DNA of 64,000 bases, taken from Candidatus Latescibacterota bacterium. Lineage in GTDB: Bacteria > Latescibacterota > UBA2968 > GCA-2709665. Position 1 is the first letter of the stretch. Each line of letters starts with the position of its first letter. Shown here one piece after another: positions 37,484-46,734 of the stretch. The position numbers were made by a program, and so were the translations under genes. The notes beneath the pieces were generated by a model. It saw only the letters and a program-made list of their open reading frames with translations. It did no database searches and was not told the DNA's origin. Where the stretch lies: positions 4,864,001-4,928,000 of the forward strand of contig OZ252100.1 of the NCBI GenBank assembly GCA_965248435.1, read 5' to 3'.

Positions 37484-38560
37484 ATGTCTACTGAACTTAA
37501 AATCGTGAGGTTAGACGCTAAAATCTTTCCAGTTCATCCGCTTGAGACAGAGCTGTATAAGCTGTATGGACTCGATCCCATAGAAGTTGAGGTGAAAACA
37601 CCGCAGGAAATCTTACAGGCTTGCGCTGACGCCGATATTCTGATCAACGTCTCGACGCGGCTGTCGCGAGAAACGCTGGGAGGCCTTGAGAACTGTAGAC
37701 ATATCTCTCACACCGGGGTAGGAACGGACAAGACCGATGCCGACGCGGCCACGGATTTTCAAATCGTCGTGTCGAACGACCCCTGGTTCTGTGTGGAGGA
37801 TGTTGCGGACCACACGATGGCGATGATCCTTTCGCTCTCTCGAAAGCTGCCTCAAATGTCCGAATTGACGGATCGGGGCCGGTTTGGAGAGGCGCGTTCA
37901 TCGAGCAATGCATGCATCAGGCTGTCTGCCTGCGTGCTCGGGCTGGTCGGGTTCGGCTCCATCGGTAGAATCGTCGCACAGCGCGCAAAGGCGTTCGGCA
38001 TGCGCGTCCTGGCGACCTGTCGGGACATGGGTGATGCTAAGCGGTTGGTGGCACAGGATCTCGGGGTTGAATTGGTCGATCTGGGCACCCTGCTTTCCAC
38101 CTCCGATTACGTTTCGCTCCATCTGCCCCTCACGCCCGAAACGCATCACCTTCTGGATGAAATTGCGCTTGGAAAGATGAAGAATAAGGCATTTCTGATT
38201 AATACCGCACGCGGCGCAGTGGTGGATGAACTCGCGCTGGTCCGCGCCCTCAAGGAGGGGCGGCTGGCGGGCGCCGGCATCGACACATTTGAAAAGCTCG
38301 ACGTCAACAAAGAGATCGATCCCAACCCCAACCATCCGTTTTCTGAGCTGGACAACGTCATCGTTTCGCCCCACGTCGCCGGACTATCTGTGCAATCGAT
38401 GGAGACCTGGGCAAGGATCCAGGTAGAAAACCTCGTGTCCGTCGTGAACGGCCATTGGCCTTTTCCCGGAAACGTTGTAAACGAGACCGTAGTACCCAAG
38501 TTTCCGCTAGTGGAATATGATGAAACGATCTTTAAACATAGCCCGGTAGGACGAGCCTAA
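37484..38560 (+). CDS. D-isomer-specific 2-hydroxyacid dehydrogenase
   Basis: GLVGFGSIG, SLHLPLT.ET, INTARG, SPHVAG. Confidence 0.92.
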   Translation: MSTELKIVRLDAKIFPVHPLETELYKLYGLDPIEVEVKTPQEILQACADADILINVSTRLSRETLGGLENCRHISHTGVGTDKTDADAATDFQIVVSNDPWFCVEDVADHTMAMILSLSRKLPQMSELTDRGRFGEARSSSNACIRLSACVLGLVGFGSIGRIVAQRAKAFGMRVLATCRDMGDAKRLVAQDLGVELVDLGTLLSTSDYVSLHLPLTPETHHLLDEIALGKMKNKAFLINTARGAVVDELALVRALKEGRLAGAGIDTFEKLDVNKEIDPNPNHPFSELDNVIVSPHVAGLSVQSMETWARIQVENLVSVVNGHWPFPGNVVNETVVPKFPLVEYDETIFKHSPVGRA

Positions 38561-38567
38561 GCAAAAG

Positions 38568-38679
38568 TGCACGAGTTCTGGGGGGAATGGAGTGTTGGAG
38601 TAATGGAGTATTGGGAAGACAGGCTTGAGTTTGGTTTCCCATTACTCCAGGACTCCAGTACTGCGATACTCCAGAATCG
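38568..38679. repeat. Octamer-periodic palindromic repeat, copy 2
   Basis: GGAATGGAGTGTTGGAGTAATGGAGTATTGG ... CCATTACTCCAGGACTCCAGTACTGCGATACTCCAGAATCG. Confidence 0.85.
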
Positions 38680-38743
38680 AAAAAAGTCTCGCCGTAGTTG
38701 AAAATCTGATAGATCCCGCTACTGATCCAACCAAGGAGACAGA

Positions 38744-39562
38744 ATGACAGGGGCTGAAATTTCGGAGAGACTCCACGACGGCAGGTATGTTTACGGGACA
38801 GCAATCCTTTCACCCTCTCCACTTTGGCCCGAGGCGGTTCGGAACACCGGTGTGGATTTCGTGTTCATCGACACGGAGCACGTGCCGATAGAGCGCACCA
38901 CGCTTTCGTGGATGTGCAATACGTATAGGGCCCTGGACATTCCACCGATCGTTCGCATCCCCAGTCCTGATCCCGTGGCGGCAGAGATGGCGCTCGATGG
39001 AGGAGCGACAGGGATCATTGCTCCATACGTCGAGTCCGCAGATGAGGTCCGTGAATTGGTAGGAGCGGTGAAGTTGCGTCCCCTGAGAGGAAAACTCAGG
39101 CGTGACGTCCTGGATGACCGGGCGACGTTGAATTCCGAGACGGACGATTATATCAAAGATCGAAACGCGAATAGTGTGCTAATTGCGAACGTGGAGAGTG
39201 TCCCGGCTATGGACCGGCTTGATGAGATATTGGACGTCGAGGGGCTTGACGCCGTCCTGATCGGTCCGCACGATCTCTCCGTCAGTCTGGGAATTCCTGA
39301 AAAGTACGGAGATCCTCTGTTCGACCGTGCCGTCAGAGAGATCTATCGGAAGGCGCGGGAGAAGGGGATCGGCGCAGGGATCCACTTCTTCTGGGAAGGG
39401 CTCGATCTGGAAATCGAGTGGGCCAAGGCGGGCGGCAACCTGGTCATTCACAGCGCAGATTATCTGATCTTCGAAGAAACTCTGCGGAAGGATCTGAACA
39501 AGATTCGGGAGGCGCTTGGCGGGGACGCGAGTTCAGGAACAGAAGGAAATCTAATCGTGTAG
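38744..39562 (+). CDS. HpcH/HpaI aldolase family protein
   Basis: DFVFIDTEH, PIVRIP, LDGGA.GI..P.V, IGPHDLS.SLG. Confidence 0.9.
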   Translation: MTGAEISERLHDGRYVYGTAILSPSPLWPEAVRNTGVDFVFIDTEHVPIERTTLSWMCNTYRALDIPPIVRIPSPDPVAAEMALDGGATGIIAPYVESADEVRELVGAVKLRPLRGKLRRDVLDDRATLNSETDDYIKDRNANSVLIANVESVPAMDRLDEILDVEGLDAVLIGPHDLSVSLGIPEKYGDPLFDRAVREIYRKAREKGIGAGIHFFWEGLDLEIEWAKAGGNLVIHSADYLIFEETLRKDLNKIREALGGDASSGTEGNLIV

Positions 39563-39584
39563 AGACGTCCCGGTGGGGCGTCTC
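39559..39584 (+). repeat. GTAG-type REP palindrome overlapping the aldolase stop codon
   Basis: GTAGAGACGTCCCGGTGGGGCGTCTC, near-identical to 1969-1994. Confidence 0.7.
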
Positions 39585-39633
39585 TTGCCCGTCGGGGCGT
39601 CTAACCCACAACGGTCTTTTGGAAGGACATCTC

Positions 39634-40041
39634 ATGGCCACAGAATCGACGACGCAGCCCCACCTGGTATCGCTCGCCCCGCAGTTTCTCGTGGATGACC
39701 TTCAGCAGTCGATCGCCTACTACCGGGACAAGATTGGCTTCAAGGTCGACTTTGTCTACGATGATTTCTACGCAGGGATAAGTCGCGACGGCCTCGTGAT
39801 TCACCTGAAGTGGGCGCCGAAGACCGTGGAGGATCGTGCACATCGGAAGAACAACGAGCACCTCGACGCGAGCGCTGGCGTGGAGGGCGTCGAGGCCTTG
39901 CACGAGGAGTTCGAAGCGAACGGGGCCACCATCATCAAGCCGATCGGCGAACGCCCTTGGGGGACAACCGACTTTTACGTGGAGGATCCGGATGGCTACA
40001 TCATCTGCTTCGGAGGAGTGGGTTCACAGCAGAAGCGCTGA
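39634..40041 (+). CDS. VOC/glyoxalase (bleomycin-resistance-like) protein
   Basis: P.F.VDDL..SIAYY...GF, PWG..DFYVEDPDG. Confidence 0.88.
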   Translation: MATESTTQPHLVSLAPQFLVDDLQQSIAYYRDKIGFKVDFVYDDFYAGISRDGLVIHLKWAPKTVEDRAHRKNNEHLDASAGVEGVEALHEEFEANGATIIKPIGERPWGTTDFYVEDPDGYIICFGGVGSQQKR

Positions 40042-40057
40042 GAAAACGAGCAAAAAA

Positions 40058-40172
40058 CGCGAGTGTTGGGGGGATGGAGTGTTGGAGTAATGGAGTATCG
40101 AGGAAACAGGGCCACGGTTTTTGTCTTTCCCAATACTCCATCGCTCCAGTACTGCATTACTCCAGGATCGCG
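40058..40172. repeat. Octamer-periodic palindromic repeat, copy 3
   Basis: CGCGAGTGTTGGGGGGATGGAGTGTTGGAGTAATGG ... CCAATACTCCATCGCTCCAGTACTGCATTACTCCAGGATCGCG. Confidence 0.85.
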
Positions 40173-40200
40173 GTGCTGATGGCCTCACCAACAGCGATGA

Positions 40201-40599
40201 TTACGCTTCCACAGTTCTAACGTCAACGTGCCTACTTCGAGGCCCATCGAACTCGCAGAAAAAGATGCCCTGCCACGTACCCAGCTGTAGACGGCTATCT
40301 CGAACGAAAATCGTCTCAGAAGTCCCGAAAAAACAGGCCTTGATGTGGGCCGCCGAGTTGCCTTCCATGTGCCGGTATTCTGGATCACGCAGCGGGATCA
40401 GTTTGTCGACCGCGAGCAGGATGTCGTGGGCGACCATCGGATCGGCGTTTTCGTTTATGGTGACGGCGGCCGTCGTATGGGGCACGTAGACGTGGCAGAT
40501 GCCGCTGACGATGCCGCTCTTCGTGACGGCTTCCTGTATCTGTTCTGTGATCCCCAGGAGCTCAGTCTGCCGGTTTGTTCGAACATCGATTCGAGTCAT
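40201..40599 (-). CDS. yjbQ: YjbQ/UPF0047 family protein
   Basis: PHTTAAVTINENADP, H.EGNS.AHIK, LGTWQGIFFCEFDGPR. Confidence 0.95.
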   Translation of the reverse strand: MTRIDVRTNRQTELLGITEQIQEAVTKSGIVSGICHVYVPHTTAAVTINENADPMVAHDILLAVDKLIPLRDPEYRHMEGNSAAHIKACFFGTSETIFVRDSRLQLGTWQGIFFCEFDGPRSRHVDVRTVEA

Positions 40600-40666
40600 G
40601 GTTCACCAATTGGAAAGTTGCCGATTGTCTGTGGATTGGGCCACAAGATGATATTTTGATCGAGGG

Positions 40667-41293
40667 TTGTCAAGGTTGAGCGCCACGAGAATTCTACTGA
40701 CGGGGTTTGGTCCCTTTGGGGATTGGGAACGCAATCCCGCGGGGGAGATCGCGGAGTCCCTTTCAGGTGCTACGGTGGGCGGCTGTGAGGTCGTTTCGGT
40801 TGTCCTGCCGGTGATCTACGGCGAGGATGTGGAGGGGGTTCTGCCGATGATCGAGGAGCACGGACCCCTCGCGGTGGTCTCCCTCGGAATGGCTGGAAAT
40901 CGCCCGTCGATCCGTGTGGAGCGTGTGGCACTCAATCTAAGGGATGACGAAGAGGGGACCGGTAAGGAGGAGCGACCGATCGTCGCCGATGGTCCCGCTT
41001 CTTATTTCTCCACTCTGCCTACGAGAGAAATTGTGTCCGGTATCCAGGCGGTCGATCTGGAGGCCGGCCTGTCCTATTTCGCAGGGACCTACCTCTGCAA
41101 TCATCTCATGTATTCGACGCTGCACGACTTCGCGGAGCGTGATCTGCAGATTCCCACAGGTTTCATCCACGTACCCCGCCTGCCGGAGCAGGCCGAGGAT
41201 CGTCCTGGTCTCGAAACGGGGATGACGCTGGAACGCTCCACGAAGGGGGTCGTCGCCGCTCTGGAGGCCGTGGTCCATCGATTGATGGAATGA
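40667..41293 (+). CDS. pcp: Pyroglutamyl-peptidase I
   Basis: ILLTGFGPF...NP; catalytic E/C/H in ERVALN, AGTYLCN and FIHVP. Confidence 0.93.
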   Translation: MSRLSATRILLTGFGPFGDWERNPAGEIAESLSGATVGGCEVVSVVLPVIYGEDVEGVLPMIEEHGPLAVVSLGMAGNRPSIRVERVALNLRDDEEGTGKEERPIVADGPASYFSTLPTREIVSGIQAVDLEAGLSYFAGTYLCNHLMYSTLHDFAERDLQIPTGFIHVPRLPEQAEDRPGLETGMTLERSTKGVVAALEAVVHRLME

Positions 41294-41388
41294 TCTGCGG
41301 GCGTCTGAACGTTCGTTCTACGCAAGGGGACTTCGCTATACTGCATTGGTCGGAACGCGGGCGACGATCGATTTGGAAGATACCGCGA

Positions 41389-42939
41389 ATGAATGCACAA
41401 GAAAAGGAGAGAGCGTTGGAGACCGGTTGGAACGTTCGAAGTTACGGTGCGAAAGGGGACAAGCAGGCCAACGATAAGAGCGCCATCCAACAGGCCGTCG
41501 ACGACTGCAATCAGGCCGGCGGGGGCGCAGTGGTGGTGCCTTCGGGAGATTACCTCACCGGGACGATTCGCCTCAAAGACCACGTGACGCTGCAGCTGGA
41601 AGCTGGCGCCACGCTGTGGGGCAGCACCGACCGGGCCGACTACGACGACGTGCCCCACCTTGCTGAGGCCATAAGGGGGTCTTCCGCGGTCCTTATCTAC
41701 GCCAAAGGCGCACAGAATGTGTCCATTCTCGGTCCCGGCTGCATCGACGGGCAGGGGGAGGCCTTCTGGGTGCGGAAGGAAAACGGGTGGCACAAGGCGG
41801 AGTGGCGTCCCGGACGCCTGATCTACTTTGAAGAGTGCCGGGACGTGCTGATGCGGGATTTCACGGCGGCCAACTCGCCCTCGTTCACGATTCACCCATT
41901 CCGGTGCGACAGGGTACTGATCTCGGGGGTGAAAATTCTGAACGATATTCTCGGGCCCAATACGGACGGGATCGATACGAACTGTTCGACGAACGTGCAC
42001 ATCTCCGACTGTCACATTATCGCTGGAGACGACTGCATCGTCATGAAGGCCACAGAGCCGTATGTGTGCGAGAACATCACAGTGACGAACTGCACGCTGG
42101 AGACGACGTCTTCGGGGCTGAAGCTGGGCACGGAAAGTTTCGGGAACATCCGTCACGTGACGTTCAGCAACTGCACGATTCGGAACACACATTTGGGGAT
42201 CGGGCTTCTTATGAAGGATGGGGGCACGATAGAGGCGGTGACCTTTTCCAACATCACGATCGAGACGAAGCCCAGCCCGAAAACGGGTGCCTCCGAGTGG
42301 CCGATTCTGATAGATCTGGAGCGGCGGGGTCCGGACTCGAGAACGGGGGCAATCCGGGACGTGAAGCTGAGCAATATCGTAATCTCGACCGGCGGGCGGT
42401 GCTTGGCACAGGGAATGAAATCGCAGCCGATCGAGCGACTGGCGATCGAGAATGTGACGGTGCGGGTGACCAGATTTCAAGACCTGAACCAGATTTCGAA
42501 ACACCGAGGCGGTCGGATTCGGTGGGACGACCCCGACGGCGGACAGCACGCGGCGGCGCCTGCGCACATGGTGTTCTCGAACGTGAAGGGTTTGAAGCTT
42601 CGGGACGTGGAGGTGGTGGTGGATGCCGAAGGTGAACTTCCGGAGCGGTCGGCGGTGTTTGCCGACAGGGTGGCAGGCATGAGGATCGAAGGATTCGGGG
42701 GACGTCAGAGCGTGCCGAAGGGCACCTCTCCAGCTCTGCACCTGCAAAATTGCCGGGACGTGCATATCACCGGCTCTCGGGCGGCTGCTGAAACGGGGAC
42801 GTTCTTACAGCTGGATGGAACGGAGACGGCGAACGTCTGTATGATGGGCAACAATCTGGCAGCTGTCGGACAGGCCGTAAGTCTGGGTGACGGCGTGTCA
42901 GAAGATACCCTTTTTGAGTCCGGCAACCGCAAAGCGTAG
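41389..42939 (+). CDS. Glycoside hydrolase family 28 (pectin-lyase-fold beta helix)
   Basis: YGAKGD, AIQQA.D.C, PNTDGID, GDDCIV.K, KLGTES. Confidence 0.88.
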   Translation: MNAQEKERALETGWNVRSYGAKGDKQANDKSAIQQAVDDCNQAGGGAVVVPSGDYLTGTIRLKDHVTLQLEAGATLWGSTDRADYDDVPHLAEAIRGSSAVLIYAKGAQNVSILGPGCIDGQGEAFWVRKENGWHKAEWRPGRLIYFEECRDVLMRDFTAANSPSFTIHPFRCDRVLISGVKILNDILGPNTDGIDTNCSTNVHISDCHIIAGDDCIVMKATEPYVCENITVTNCTLETTSSGLKLGTESFGNIRHVTFSNCTIRNTHLGIGLLMKDGGTIEAVTFSNITIETKPSPKTGASEWPILIDLERRGPDSRTGAIRDVKLSNIVISTGGRCLAQGMKSQPIERLAIENVTVRVTRFQDLNQISKHRGGRIRWDDPDGGQHAAAPAHMVFSNVKGLKLRDVEVVVDAEGELPERSAVFADRVAGMRIEGFGGRQSVPKGTSPALHLQNCRDVHITGSRAAAETGTFLQLDGTETANVCMMGNNLAAVGQAVSLGDGVSEDTLFESGNRKA

Positions 42940-43018
42940 GAGACCGTGGCCCATCGATTCGATGGAACGATCTGTTGGCGTCTGAGCTTCCGCCGCCTTG
43001 TCTTTGGGATTATCGAAT

Positions 43019-43810
43019 ATGCAAGCCGTTCAATGCGTCGATTCCATCACCAAACTGGGTCCCGAGTTTCGGGGGACCGTCGTCGTCGCCGGATCACACG
43101 GGGGGCGCTACTGCGGGTATCTGGCGTCGCTCGCCGGTCTGCGTGGTGTGATCTTTAACGACGCAGGCGTCGGAAAAGACAGCGCAGGCATTCGCGCGCT
43201 CGATTATCTGCAGCCGCTGGAGATGGCCGCGGCAACGATTGCCCATACATCGGCGCGCATCGGAGATGGCGCGGACACGCTCGATCGTGGGCGCCTCAGT
43301 TTCTGTAACGGGGCCGCCAAAGCCCTTGGCTGCGCAGAAGGCCAGACCTGCAAGGAAGCGACAGAGGTTATGTGTCGCGGTGAAGTGTTCGAGGGCGCTG
43401 CACCGGCCTACGAGGAGGCGCGTTGTCTGCTGGGCGAGACGCCGGTTCGGGTGATCGCCTGCGACTCGGCCTCCCTCGTCGACAGCGGTGATGCAGATGC
43501 GATCATCGTGACGGGATCGCACGGCGGCGTACTTGCGGGCAGACCTGGTTATGGGATCGCTGTCCAGGCACGGGGCGCGGTGTTCAACGATGCCGGCGTC
43601 GGAATCGATCAGGCCGGCATCCAGCGTCTCGAAGTCCTGGATCAAGCCGCCATCCCGGCTGCCACAGTCGACGCCTCGAGCGCCCGCATCGGCGATGCAC
43701 GTTCGGCGTGGGAGAGCGGTATCATTTCGTACATCAACAACCAGGCTGCGAAACGCGGCGTCACCGTCGGCATGACGGTGCCCGCTTTTGCAGCATCGCT
43801 TTTTTCGTAA
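43019..43810 (+). CDS. Conserved hypothetical protein with an internally duplicated domain
   Basis: Two copies of DS...V.GSHGG...G..FNDAGVG.D.AGI..L..L....AAT....SARIGD. Confidence 0.85.
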   Translation: MQAVQCVDSITKLGPEFRGTVVVAGSHGGRYCGYLASLAGLRGVIFNDAGVGKDSAGIRALDYLQPLEMAAATIAHTSARIGDGADTLDRGRLSFCNGAAKALGCAEGQTCKEATEVMCRGEVFEGAAPAYEEARCLLGETPVRVIACDSASLVDSGDADAIIVTGSHGGVLAGRPGYGIAVQARGAVFNDAGVGIDQAGIQRLEVLDQAAIPAATVDASSARIGDARSAWESGIISYINNQAAKRGVTVGMTVPAFAASLFS

Positions 43811-43824
43811 TCCGCGGAGAACCT

Positions 43825-45555
43825 ATGTCTTCATCCGTGCAAATGATCGGGGGACAGGCCCTCGCTGAGATGCTCAAGCGCCATAACCCCGCCCCGATGT
43901 TCGGCATGGGCGGGTTCCAACTGCTGCCCTTCTACGACGCAGTGCGCGAGCTGGGCCTCAAACATACACTGATCAACGACGAGCGCTGCGGGGTGTTCGC
44001 CGCCGACGCGTGGGCACGCGTGACCGGGCGACCCGGCATTTGCGACGCCACGCTCGGACCCGGGGCCACGAACCTGGTGACCGGGTTGGTCGAGTCGTTG
44101 AACGCGGGGGTGCCCCTGATCGTGATCGTCGGCGACAGCAACCGCGATCATTCCTGGAAAAACATGACGCAGGAAGCGCGCCAGACAGAAATTCTGGCTC
44201 CGGCGGTCAAGTCGTTGATTCGTATCGAAAAGGGACTCCGAATACCAGAGCTCGTGCGGCGGGCTTACGCCATCGCCACGTCCGGGCGTCCCGGCCCGGT
44301 CGTGCTCGATGTGCCCGAAGATGTGGCGCACGGGATTTTCGACTATCCGAGCGACGACCTGTATGTCGATCCAGAGACCCTCTCCATCCCGGCACAGCGG
44401 CCCCGCCCCGGTCGCGAAGCCGTTGCCCGGGCGGCGGAGCGATTACGCAGTTCCAACCGACCGATCTTACTCGCCGGGGGGGGTGTGCACCTCTCGGGCG
44501 CCTACGAGGCGCTTCTGGAGTTGGCCGAAGGGCTCGGCGTTCCGGTCGCACAGACGTTGAGCGGGAAGGGCGCGATCCCGTGCACGCATCCGCTGAGTGT
44601 GGGTCTGTTCGGCCGCTGGTCGCGTATCGCCAACGACCTGATCGAGTCGTCGGACTGCATTCTCGCGGTCGGATGCAAGATGGGCGAGATCGCCACCAAA
44701 CGGTTCGCCCTGATGCCGCGCGGCGTCCCTTTCATCCATCTGGACATCGTGGCGGAGGAGATCGGGCGAACAACGCCGACCGACGTCGCGCTCTGGGGTG
44801 ACGCGGCCGAGGGACTTCGCGACCTCGAAGCCAGTCTGGCTGACGACGCAGAGGCGCTGCGGGCAGGACGCGCAACCTACCTGGACGAAGTCGCGGAGCG
44901 GATGGCCGCCTGGCGGGCCGAGGCGGAACCCCGCTACGCGTCGGACGAGCGTCCGATCCACATGGCGCGCTTGATCCGCGAGCTGCAGGGTGTGATGCCG
45001 GACGATGGCATCCTGGTCGTGGACGGCGGATTCGCGGCGCATTGGACAGGACTGCTCTACGACACGAACCGCGCCGGTCGCAGCTATATCGCGAATCGGG
45101 GGTTCGCATCGATCGGCTACGGACTGCCGGGCACCATAGGTGCTCAACTCGCCGCCCCGGATGTGCCGGTGGTCGGGCTTACCGGCGACGCCGGATTCAA
45201 CATGATGCTCGGGGAGCTCGAAACCGCCCGCCGTCTGGGCCTGGGCTGCACCCTGGCCATCGTGAACAACGCGGCCTCCGGCTACGTCAAGGCCCTCCAG
45301 CACAACATGTACGGTGGCCGCTACCAATCGAGCGATCTGAGCGAAATCGATTACGCGAACGTAGCCCGCGATCTCGGGTGCCAGGGGATCCGCGTGGAGG
45401 ATCCCGCGGCGCTGGGGGCAGCGTTCACCGAAGGCATCGCAACACGTGACACGCCAACCGTTATCGACATCGTCGTCACCCGGGACCCGTCAAAGATGCT
45501 GCCCGGTGTCGACAGCCGGACGGCGCCGGTCGCGAAGGGCGATCGGCCTGCATAG
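43825..45555 (+). CDS. Thiamine pyrophosphate-binding enzyme (acetolactate synthase-like)
   Basis: DER, TLGPGATN, SGRPGPVVLD.PED, TPP motif GDAGFNM...NN. Confidence 0.92.
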   Translation: MSSSVQMIGGQALAEMLKRHNPAPMFGMGGFQLLPFYDAVRELGLKHTLINDERCGVFAADAWARVTGRPGICDATLGPGATNLVTGLVESLNAGVPLIVIVGDSNRDHSWKNMTQEARQTEILAPAVKSLIRIEKGLRIPELVRRAYAIATSGRPGPVVLDVPEDVAHGIFDYPSDDLYVDPETLSIPAQRPRPGREAVARAAERLRSSNRPILLAGGGVHLSGAYEALLELAEGLGVPVAQTLSGKGAIPCTHPLSVGLFGRWSRIANDLIESSDCILAVGCKMGEIATKRFALMPRGVPFIHLDIVAEEIGRTTPTDVALWGDAAEGLRDLEASLADDAEALRAGRATYLDEVAERMAAWRAEAEPRYASDERPIHMARLIRELQGVMPDDGILVVDGGFAAHWTGLLYDTNRAGRSYIANRGFASIGYGLPGTIGAQLAAPDVPVVGLTGDAGFNMMLGELETARRLGLGCTLAIVNNAASGYVKALQHNMYGGRYQSSDLSEIDYANVARDLGCQGIRVEDPAALGAAFTEGIATRDTPTVIDIVVTRDPSKMLPGVDSRTAPVAKGDRPA

Positions 45556-45616
45556 CGATGAACGAAAACGCAACTGCTGGAGCAATAGGGGAATGGAGAG
45601 AAGAGGTAAAACCGCA

Positions 45617-45710
45617 GGTGCTGGGGGAATGGAGTGATGGAGTGTTGGAGTAATGGAAGACAGGTTCTGCGATGCTCCATCACGCCAGCACTGCATTACT
45701 CCAGAATCCC
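45617..45710. repeat. Octamer-periodic palindromic repeat, copy 4
   Basis: GGAATGGAGTGATGGAGTGTTGGAGTAATGG ... GCTCCATCACGCCAGCACTGCATTACTCCAGAATC. Confidence 0.82.
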
Positions 45711-45750
45711 CAAAAGCATGGCGCCGCAATAGACACCTGAGGAAAACAAA

Positions 45751-46716
45751 ATGGATCTGACAACAGAGAAGCAGCTCGAGATGCTGCGCGCGATGCAGAC
45801 GATCCGCCGTTTCGAGGAGCGCGCGTCGGATGACTATCATTCCGGGGCCATCTACGGCGTTGTGCATTGCTACATCGGTGAGGAGGCCGTCGCCGTGGGG
45901 GTGTGTGCGGCACTGAACGATGACGACCAGATCATCAGCACGCACCGAGGCCACGGGCACTGCATCGCCAAGGGCGCCGATCTGAAGCGGATGATGGCCG
46001 AGCTCTACGGCAGACGGTCCGGATACTGCAAGGGCAAGGGGGGCTCGATGCATATCGCCGATTTCAGCATCGGCATGCTGGGGGCGAACGGCATCGTCGG
46101 TGGCGGCATCCCGATCGTGACCGGTGCCGGTCTGGCCGCACAGCTCGATGGCAAAGGGCGTGTCGCCGTCTCTTTCTTTGGAGACGGGGCCTCGAACGCG
46201 GGCCCGTTCCACGAGTCGATCAACATCGCCGCGGCCTGGAAGCTTCCGATGCTCTACGTCTGCGAGAACAACCTCTGGGCCGCCAGTACCGCGGCTGCGG
46301 ACACCCTGGCCCTTGGCGACGTGGCGGCGCGAGCCGCCGGTTATGGCATCCCGGGTGTGGTTGTGGATGGGAACGATGTGCTGGCGGTCTATGAAGCCGC
46401 CGCAGAGGCGGTCGGCCGGGCGCGGGCCGGTGAAGGCCCTACGCTCATCGAATGCAAGACCTATCGCTGGCGCAGGCATACGGAAAGGGCGAGCGCAGAG
46501 GATCTGCGCCCACGAGAAGAGGTCGAAGCATGGCTGCAGAAGGACCCGATCAAACGCCTTTCCACCGATCTGATGTCGCAGGGCGTTTTGAGCGAGGACG
46601 CCTGGAAAGAGATGGACACAGAGATCCTGGCTGCAATCGACACCGCGGTCAGGTATGCCCAGGACAGTCCGTTTCCCGACCCGGAAATGGCCGTCGAGGA
46701 TGTGTTCTCGGATTGA
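45751..46716 (+). CDS. TPP-dependent dehydrogenase E1 alpha (acetoin/pyruvate DH-like)
   Basis: GEEAV, THRGHGH, GKGGSMH, FFGDGA..ENN, E.KTYR...H. Confidence 0.93.
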   Translation: MDLTTEKQLEMLRAMQTIRRFEERASDDYHSGAIYGVVHCYIGEEAVAVGVCAALNDDDQIISTHRGHGHCIAKGADLKRMMAELYGRRSGYCKGKGGSMHIADFSIGMLGANGIVGGGIPIVTGAGLAAQLDGKGRVAVSFFGDGASNAGPFHESINIAAAWKLPMLYVCENNLWAASTAAADTLALGDVAARAAGYGIPGVVVDGNDVLAVYEAAAEAVGRARAGEGPTLIECKTYRWRRHTERASAEDLRPREEVEAWLQKDPIKRLSTDLMSQGVLSEDAWKEMDTEILAAIDTAVRYAQDSPFPDPEMAVEDVFSD

Positions 46717-46734
46717 TTAGGGGGGCGACGCGTC

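Noticed and set aside
37365-45710. GGAGTAAT repeats as a CRISPR array
   Set aside because: Copies are dispersed, degenerate and palindromic, with no regular repeat-spacer structure and no cas genes.
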